A stretch of DNA of 64,000 bases, taken from positions 32,001 through 96,000 of the forward strand of contig JAVBWN010000030.1 of assembly GCA_036677365.1 (NCBI GenBank). Reading direction: 5' to 3'. The position numbers and the translations under genes are program-made. This DNA is from Acholeplasma sp. GTDB lineage: Bacteria > Bacillota_I > Bacilli_A > Acholeplasmatales > UBA5453. Positions 58,578 through 64,000 of the stretch are shown here, one piece after another (the first letter of the stretch is position 1; every line of letters begins with the position of its first letter). Under the pieces are notes generated by a model. It was not told the origin of the DNA, did no database searches, and was given only the letters and a program-made list of their open reading frames with translations.

Positions 58578-61500
58578 ATGGCAAAAGATAACAAAAAAGT
58601 GTCCATTGTAGATTTAAAATTATCTGCAGAAACCACAGAATACCTAACCCTTTCGGGGATCGATACCTTAGAAGATTTCAATACATTCACACTTAAAGAA
58701 TTGCGTTTACTTTTAAAGACAGATGCGGCTTTTAACGAAGTCGTGCCTGTCTTAAAGAAGTACGTATTGCCAAGTGCTGTTGAAAACCTAGCCCTCTCTA
58801 AAGAATTAGAAAGAGCTTTAAATGAACTCGGTATTGTTGAAACGAAAGCCTTATTGGCATTATCTAAAGAAGCCCTTCATGACATCATTAATCATGACGG
58901 ACTCTTATACGACGAACTTGCGAAATTATTTAATATGTATGGCGTAGTGCTTCCTGAAAAAGAAGCGTTGGTCCATGACCACCACCATGCAGATGATTTG
59001 GTCCAAGACGTTGAAGCTGAAACCCACATCAACACCCCAATCAGTGTCGATGCGTATGTCAAAGCAGCTCAAGCAAAACCTAAAAACAAAGCGTATGGGT
59101 CAACCGACTATTCCCACTTAAAGATCAGATTGGCTTCTCCAGATGAAATTCGTTCTTGGAGCTATGGTGAAGTTTTAAAACACGAAACCATCAACTATAG
59201 AACCTTAAAACCTGAAGAAGGCGGTCTATTCTGCGAACGTATTTTCGGTCCAACCAAAGATTATCAATGCCTATGTGGTAAAAAACGTAACTTGGACAAA
59301 GGTCAAATCTGCGACAAGTGCGGCGTTGAAATCACAGAATCCAAAGTCAGAAGAGAACGTATGGGACACATCGAACTCGAAGCCCCAGTCGTACACACTT
59401 GGTACTTAAAGAACTCCCCTTCAAGATTGGCTTTATTACTCGATATTAAAGCGAAAGACTTAGAAGAAGTTGTTTATTTAGCAAGCTACATCGTCACTGA
59501 CCCAGGGGATACCCCATTGTCGAAGAAACAAATTCTTTCGGAAATGGAATACAACCAATACTACGAACAATATGGCAATAAGTTCAAAGCGATGACTGGT
59601 GCAGAAGCCGTTAAAAAGCTTTTACAAGACATCGATTTAGACAAAGAAGTGAAGTCGTTAAGACGTAAACTTAAATCCCCATCGAAACAAAAACGTGACC
59701 GTGTCATCAAGAGACTCGAAGTCGTTGAAGCCTTCAACAATTCAGACAACAAACCTGAATGGATGGTATTAGACGTACTGCCAGTCATCCCACCAGACAT
59801 TCGTCCGATGGTTGCTTTGGATGGTGGTCGTTTCGCAACTACCGACTTAAACGACTTGTATCGTCGTATCTTAAACCGTAACAACCGTCTCAAACGTCAA
59901 AAAGAACAAAATGCGCCACGCTTAATTATGAAGAATGAAAAGCGTATGTTACAAGAAGCGGTCGACGCTTTGATTGATAACGCTAAACGTGGTAAGAAAG
60001 CCGTTGTTGAAAGAAATAGACACTTGAAATCCTTATCCGATATGCTTCGTGGTAAGCAAGGTCGTTTCCGTCAAAACTTACTTGGTAAACGCGTGGACTT
60101 CTCAGGTCGTTCCGTCATCATCGTCGGACCAGACCTTGAAATGTACCAATGTGGTATCCCAAGAGAAATGGCGATCATTTTATTCAAACCATTCGTTTTA
60201 AGAGAACTCACCAAACGTAAAGAAACCATCCAAGCGGCTAAACGTTCCTATGAAGCATTAGATGATGATGCATGGAGCGCATTAGAAGCGGTTGTTGTAG
60301 AACATCCAGTGTTGTTAAACCGTGCGCCAACCCTCCACAGACTTGGGATTCAAGCCTTTGAACCTAAATTAATTGAAGGTAAAGCAATCCGTCTACACCC
60401 ACTCGTTACAACGGCGTTCAACGCAGACTTTGACGGTGACCAAATGGCGGTCCACGTCCCACTTTCTCACGAAGCACAAGCCGAAGCGAGATTGTTGATG
60501 TTGGCTTCCAATAACATTTTGAACCCTAAAGATGGTAAACCGGTCGTTACCCCATCTCAAGATATGGTCTTGGGCAACTACTACTTAACCATGTCCAAAC
60601 GCAATGAACCAAACGAAGGTCATTTCTATACCGGTTACGATGAAGCTTATATGGCTTATAAAAACGGTGAAATTACCCTCCATACTTTAATTGTGTTTGA
60701 TCCAAAAACCTTACCACATGCGTTCACTGAAGCACAAAGAAATGCGTATTTAGTCACCACACTCGGTAAGGCGATATTCAACCAAATCTTACCACCAAGC
60801 TTCCCATTTTTAAACGAACCAAGTTCATCGAACTTAGTCGATAAAACACCAGACAAATATTTCATTAAGAAAGGTTTAAATGTCAGAGAACTCATCAAAG
60901 AGATGCCTCTACCTAAACCATTCGATAAGAAGTATTTATCCTTAATCATTGCGGAAGTATTCAAACAATTCCAAATCAATGAAACTTCGAAGATGCTAGA
61001 CCGTTTGAAAGACCTTGGATTCAAATATTCTACCGTGGCTGGTATTACCGTATCGGCTTCTGACATGGTCGTTTATACCAAGAAACAAGAACGTCTAAAA
61101 CAAGCCGAAGAGAAGATTGCTGAAATCGACGAATACTTTGATGATGGCGTCCTTACCGAATCTGAACGTAAAAAATTGGTTGTCAACGAATGGAAAGTCG
61201 CTGGGGAAGATATTCAAGCGGGCGTCATGAGCGAGTTCGACACCACCGGTCAATTATTCATCATATTTGACTCCGGTGCGCGTGGTAACAAATCGCACTT
61301 CTCGCAATTACTTGGTATGCGCGGTCTGATGACCAACCCTACCGGGGAAACCATTGAAATCCCAGTTAAAGCAAACTTTAGAGAAGGTCTATCTGTATCC
61401 GAATTCTTTATTTCCACCCACGGTGCGCGTAAAGGTTCGACCGATACCGCGTTAAAGACCGCGGAATCGGGTTACTTGACCAGACGTTTAGTTGACGTTT

Positions 61501-62696
61501 CACAAGACGTGATCGTTGACCTAGAAGATTGCCAAACCGAAAAAGGTGTTGTCATGGAAGCCATCCGTGACAATGACGGAAAAGAAACGGTTGCTTTATT
61601 CGACCGTATCATTGGCCGTTATGCATCCTCACCGGTGATTCATCCAACCACCAAAGAAGTCTTAGTCGACCGTAACCAACTCATCACCAATGAACTTGGC
61701 GAAGTGGTCGTTAAAGCAGGCGTGAAGTCTGTTGAAATCCGTAGCGTCCTCACATGTAATTCTGTCAATGGCGTATGTAAACTATGCTATGGTAGAAACC
61801 TCGCAACCAACAAATCTGTGGAAGTTGGGGAAGCCGTTGGGGTCATCGCTGCACAATCGATTGGTGAACCAGGTACGCAGTTAACCATGCGTACATTCCA
61901 CACGGGTGGGGTTGCTTCGGCATCCGACATCACCGCCGGTCTCCCACGTATTCAAGAATTGTTCGAAGCACGTAAACCTAAAGGGGTCTCTGTGATCTCT
62001 GAAGTTGCGGGTAAAGTTCGAATGATTGAAACGTCTAAGGCAGGCTCCGTGGTAACCATCGTTTCTGACCAAACACAAAATGGTGAACCGAAAGAATACA
62101 AATATACGTTAGATTCCAGTGCTCAACTCTTAGTGAAGAAGAACCAAGTCGTCAAGGCTGGGGATCGTCTAAACAAGGGTTCAATCCATCCGAAAGAATT
62201 ACTCCGCGTATCTTCTGCGGAAGCGGTTGAAAAATACATCGTTGAAGAAGCTCAAAAAGTATACCGTGCTCAAGGGGTAGAAATCAGCGATAAGCACTTC
62301 GAAATCATCGTGCATCAAATGCTTAGAAAGATTTCTGTCATATTTGAAGGCGACACCGAATTACTCCCAGGTTCGAAGGTTTCTATCGCAGAATTTAAAG
62401 CTGCCAACAAGAAGGCCATCGCTGCTAGATTACGTCCTGCAGTGGGTCAACCTGAACTCTTGGGTATTACCCGTGCTTCCTTACAAAGCGACTCCTTCTT
62501 ATCCGCTGCATCCTTCCAAGAAACGACACGTATCCTTACAGACGCTGCTATTCACGGCAAGACCGATGAATTGCACGGCTTAAAAGAAAATGTCATCATT
62601 GGTGGCTTAATCCCAGCAGGTACAGGTATCCTCAAAGACAAGTACTTCCACTACGAAGAACCGGTCATTGATGACGAAGAATTCGAACAAGCGTAA
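58578..62696 (+). CDS. rpoC: RNA polymerase beta-prime subunit with about 170-aa N-terminal extension
   Basis: [43 protein letters not shown]. Confidence 0.99.
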   Translation: MAKDNKKVSIVDLKLSAETTEYLTLSGIDTLEDFNTFTLKELRLLLKTDAAFNEVVPVLKKYVLPSAVENLALSKELERALNELGIVETKALLALSKEALHDIINHDGLLYDELAKLFNMYGVVLPEKEALVHDHHHADDLVQDVEAETHINTPISVDAYVKAAQAKPKNKAYGSTDYSHLKIRLASPDEIRSWSYGEVLKHETINYRTLKPEEGGLFCERIFGPTKDYQCLCGKKRNLDKGQICDKCGVEITESKVRRERMGHIELEAPVVHTWYLKNSPSRLALLLDIKAKDLEEVVYLASYIVTDPGDTPLSKKQILSEMEYNQYYEQYGNKFKAMTGAEAVKKLLQDIDLDKEVKSLRRKLKSPSKQKRDRVIKRLEVVEAFNNSDNKPEWMVLDVLPVIPPDIRPMVALDGGRFATTDLNDLYRRILNRNNRLKRQKEQNAPRLIMKNEKRMLQEAVDALIDNAKRGKKAVVERNRHLKSLSDMLRGKQGRFRQNLLGKRVDFSGRSVIIVGPDLEMYQCGIPREMAIILFKPFVLRELTKRKETIQAAKRSYEALDDDAWSALEAVVVEHPVLLNRAPTLHRLGIQAFEPKLIEGKAIRLHPLVTTAFNADFDGDQMAVHVPLSHEAQAEARLLMLASNNILNPKDGKPVVTPSQDMVLGNYYLTMSKRNEPNEGHFYTGYDEAYMAYKNGEITLHTLIVFDPKTLPHAFTEAQRNAYLVTTLGKAIFNQILPPSFPFLNEPSSSNLVDKTPDKYFIKKGLNVRELIKEMPLPKPFDKKYLSLIIAEVFKQFQINETSKMLDRLKDLGFKYSTVAGITVSASDMVVYTKKQERLKQAEEKIAEIDEYFDDGVLTESERKKLVVNEWKVAGEDIQAGVMSEFDTTGQLFIIFDSGARGNKSHFSQLLGMRGLMTNPTGETIEIPVKANFREGLSVSEFFISTHGARKGSTDTALKTAESGYLTRRLVDVSQDVIVDLEDCQTEKGVVMEAIRDNDGKETVALFDRIIGRYASSPVIHPTTKEVLVDRNQLITNELGEVVVKAGVKSVEIRSVLTCNSVNGVCKLCYGRNLATNKSVEVGEAVGVIAAQSIGEPGTQLTMRTFHTGGVASASDITAGLPRIQELFEARKPKGVSVISEVAGKVRMIETSKAGSVVTIVSDQTQNGEPKEYKYTLDSSAQLLVKKNQVVKAGDRLNKGSIHPKELLRVSSAEAVEKYIVEEAQKVYRAQGVEISDKHFEIIVHQMLRKISVIFEGDTELLPGSKVSIAEFKAANKKAIAARLRPAVGQPELLGITRASLQSDSFLSAASFQETTRILTDAAIHGKTDELHGLKENVIIGGLIPAGTGILKDKYFHYEEPVIDDEEFEQA

Positions 62697-62710
62697 ATTT
62701 AAGTCGATAT

Positions 62711-62742
62711 AGGCGCGTGCTCACGTACGCGCCTTATTATTT
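62711..62742 (+). terminator. Intrinsic terminator after rpoC
   Basis: AGGCGCGTGC-tcac-GTACGCGCCT-TATTATTT. Confidence 0.8.
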
Positions 62743-62764
62743 ACAATAATTTTGATAAAAATGG

Positions 62765-62793
62765 TTGACATTGAAAACCATAAAAGGTATAAT
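62765..62793 (+). promoter_or_regulatory. Consensus promoter of the str operon
   Basis: TTGACA-17-TATAAT. Confidence 0.9.
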
Positions 62794-62913
62794 AAAAACG
62801 CTGTAAAAAAGAGTCTCAGCCCAATTCATTTTGGCCCTTCATAAAGCCAAAATAAATTTTTTGAGAAAAAAAAGAAACACACGGTCATGTGTTAATCTAG
62901 AAAGGAGAAAACA

Positions 62914-63381
62914 ATGCCTACAATTGCACAACTCGTTAGAGACGGTAGACAAGACAAGGTAACAAAATCTAAAGCCCCATACCTAGGGATTGGATTAAAC
63001 ACGCTTAAGAAGAAAGAAACAAGTGTTAACTCACCACAAAAACGCGGGGTATGCGTTCGTGTCACTACCATGACACCTAAGAAACCAAACTCAGCGTTAC
63101 GTAAGTATGCGCGTGTTAGATTATCTAACGGTATCGAAGTCAACGCGTACATTCCAGGTGAAGGACATTCACTACAAGAACACAGCGTCGTCCTTATCCG
63201 TGGTGGTCGTGTTAAAGACCTACCAGGGGTTAGATACCACATCGTTCGTGGCACATTAGATACTTCTGGTGTTGCTAACCGTAAACAAGCCCGTTCAAAA
63301 TACGGTGCTAAACGTCCTAAAGCGATTCCAGCAGGAAAAGCACCAGCAGGAAAAACCGCTACACCAGCAAAGAAAAAATAA
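62914..63381 (+). CDS. rpsL: 30S ribosomal protein S12
   Basis: [23 protein letters not shown]. Confidence 0.99.
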   Translation: MPTIAQLVRDGRQDKVTKSKAPYLGIGLNTLKKKETSVNSPQKRGVCVRVTTMTPKKPNSALRKYARVRLSNGIEVNAYIPGEGHSLQEHSVVLIRGGRVKDLPGVRYHIVRGTLDTSGVANRKQARSKYGAKRPKAIPAGKAPAGKTATPAKKK

Positions 63382-63427
63382 CATCTAATTTAAAATTATT
63401 CAGTATATCTGAAAGGAGGATATAAAT

Positions 63428-63898
63428 ATGCCAAGAAAAGGACATATCGCTAAACGTGATGTTTTACCTGACCCAATTTACAATTCTAAACTTGTAACAC
63501 GTATTATCAATACAATCATGCTAGATGGTAAAAAAGGCACGGCTCAAGGTATTTTATACGGTGCTTTTGATCGTATTAAAGCTGAAACCGGTCGTGAACC
63601 AATCGAAGTTTTCAATGAAGCATTAAAAAATATCATGCCAGTACTTGAAGTACGTTCAAGACGTATTGGCGGACAAAACTATCAAGTTCCAGTTGAGGTG
63701 CGTGCTGAGCGTAAAACAACTTTAGGTCTTAGATGGTTGATCAACTACTCTCGCTTAAGACATGAAAAAACCATGGAAGAAAAATTAGCGAAAGAAATTA
63801 TGGACGCTGCAAATGGACAAGGCGCAGCAGTCAAGAAACGTGAAGATACCCACAGAATGGCCGAAGCCAACAGAGCTTTCGCACATTACCGTTGGTAA
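63428..63898 (+). CDS. rpsG: 30S ribosomal protein S7
   Basis: [36 protein letters not shown]. Confidence 0.99.
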   Translation: MPRKGHIAKRDVLPDPIYNSKLVTRIINTIMLDGKKGTAQGILYGAFDRIKAETGREPIEVFNEALKNIMPVLEVRSRRIGGQNYQVPVEVRAERKTTLGLRWLINYSRLRHEKTMEEKLAKEIMDAANGQGAAVKKREDTHRMAEANRAFAHYRW

Positions 63899-63916
63899 TC
63901 AGAAGGAGTTATTAGT

Positions 63917-64000
63917 ATGCCTCGTGAATTTCCTTTAAATAAGACTCGTAATATCGGTATTATGGCCCATATTGACGCGGGTAAAACAACAACTACAGAA
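63917..64000 (+). CDS. fusA: Elongation factor G, N-terminal fragment (3'-truncated by window edge)
   Basis: Hand translation [28 protein letters not shown] after AAGGAG RBS. Confidence 0.96.
   Translation, partial: MPREFPLNKTRNIGIMAHIDAGKTTTTE

Noticed and set aside
1..64000. Many 60-170 aa ORFs antisense to or overlapping long genes (e.g. 44816-45328, 26832-27275, 60656-61066, 62892-63254, 5999-6484)
   Set aside because: They shadow well-supported genes, have no evident RBS or recognisable motifs, and are expected from codon bias.
1..64000. UGA-as-Trp recoding (genetic code 4)
   Set aside because: Conserved genes are full length under code 11 and several end at TGA in ATGA overlaps (4544, 11026, 39309).
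1..64000. rRNA, tRNA, IS elements, prophage genes, inteins or group I/II introns (e.g. to explain the rpoB/rpoC length)
   Set aside because: No intergenic space or motifs for these. The RNAP extras are in frame and lack intein splice motifs or homing-nuclease signatures.

Overview
Chromosomal window from a low-GC, wall-less Bacillota-derived bacterium, most likely Acholeplasmataceae. This is inferred from the Firmicute-type gene order, TGA used as stop, the RpoB H526-equivalent substitution, the DUF2779 gene and many lipoproteins. Bases 1-25,100 are one co-directional glycan-utilisation island. It has an operator-controlled promoter, then a 957-aa multidomain solute-binding protein, permease pair 1, an NHL/TPR membrane protein, a Yip1 protein, a DUF5696-like protein, permease pair 2 and a lipoprotein SBP. 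A catabolic block follows: SGNH esterase, two paralogues of an uncharacterised YncM/YrpD-like domain (one surface lipoprotein, one cytoplasmic), DUF4127, two tandem alpha/beta hydrolases, an FAD oxidoreductase, nanE and a GH20 hexosaminidase. Bases 25,100-64,000 are mostly core genome: trxB/trxA, ecfA1A2T-truA-tmk-holB-yaaT-methyltransferase-rsmI, T-box-metG, rplM-rpsI, gltX, cysS-mrnC-rlmB-sigH-rpmG-secE-nusG, rplKAJL, rpoBC, rpsLG and the start of fusA. A few genes are inserted (GLUG-repeat lipoprotein, DUF2779 double nuclease, P-type ATPase, VOC protein). The best candidates for undescribed biology are the four-permease/NHL/Yip1/DUF5696 uptake machine with its orphan catabolic enzymes, the inside/outside YncM-like paralogue pair, tandem alphaCTD-like domains fused to RpoC, the repeat-expanded RpoB insertion and the DUF2779 nuclease. 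No rRNA, tRNA, CRISPR array or mobile element was recognised. All family calls are motif recognition by eye, without database searches.
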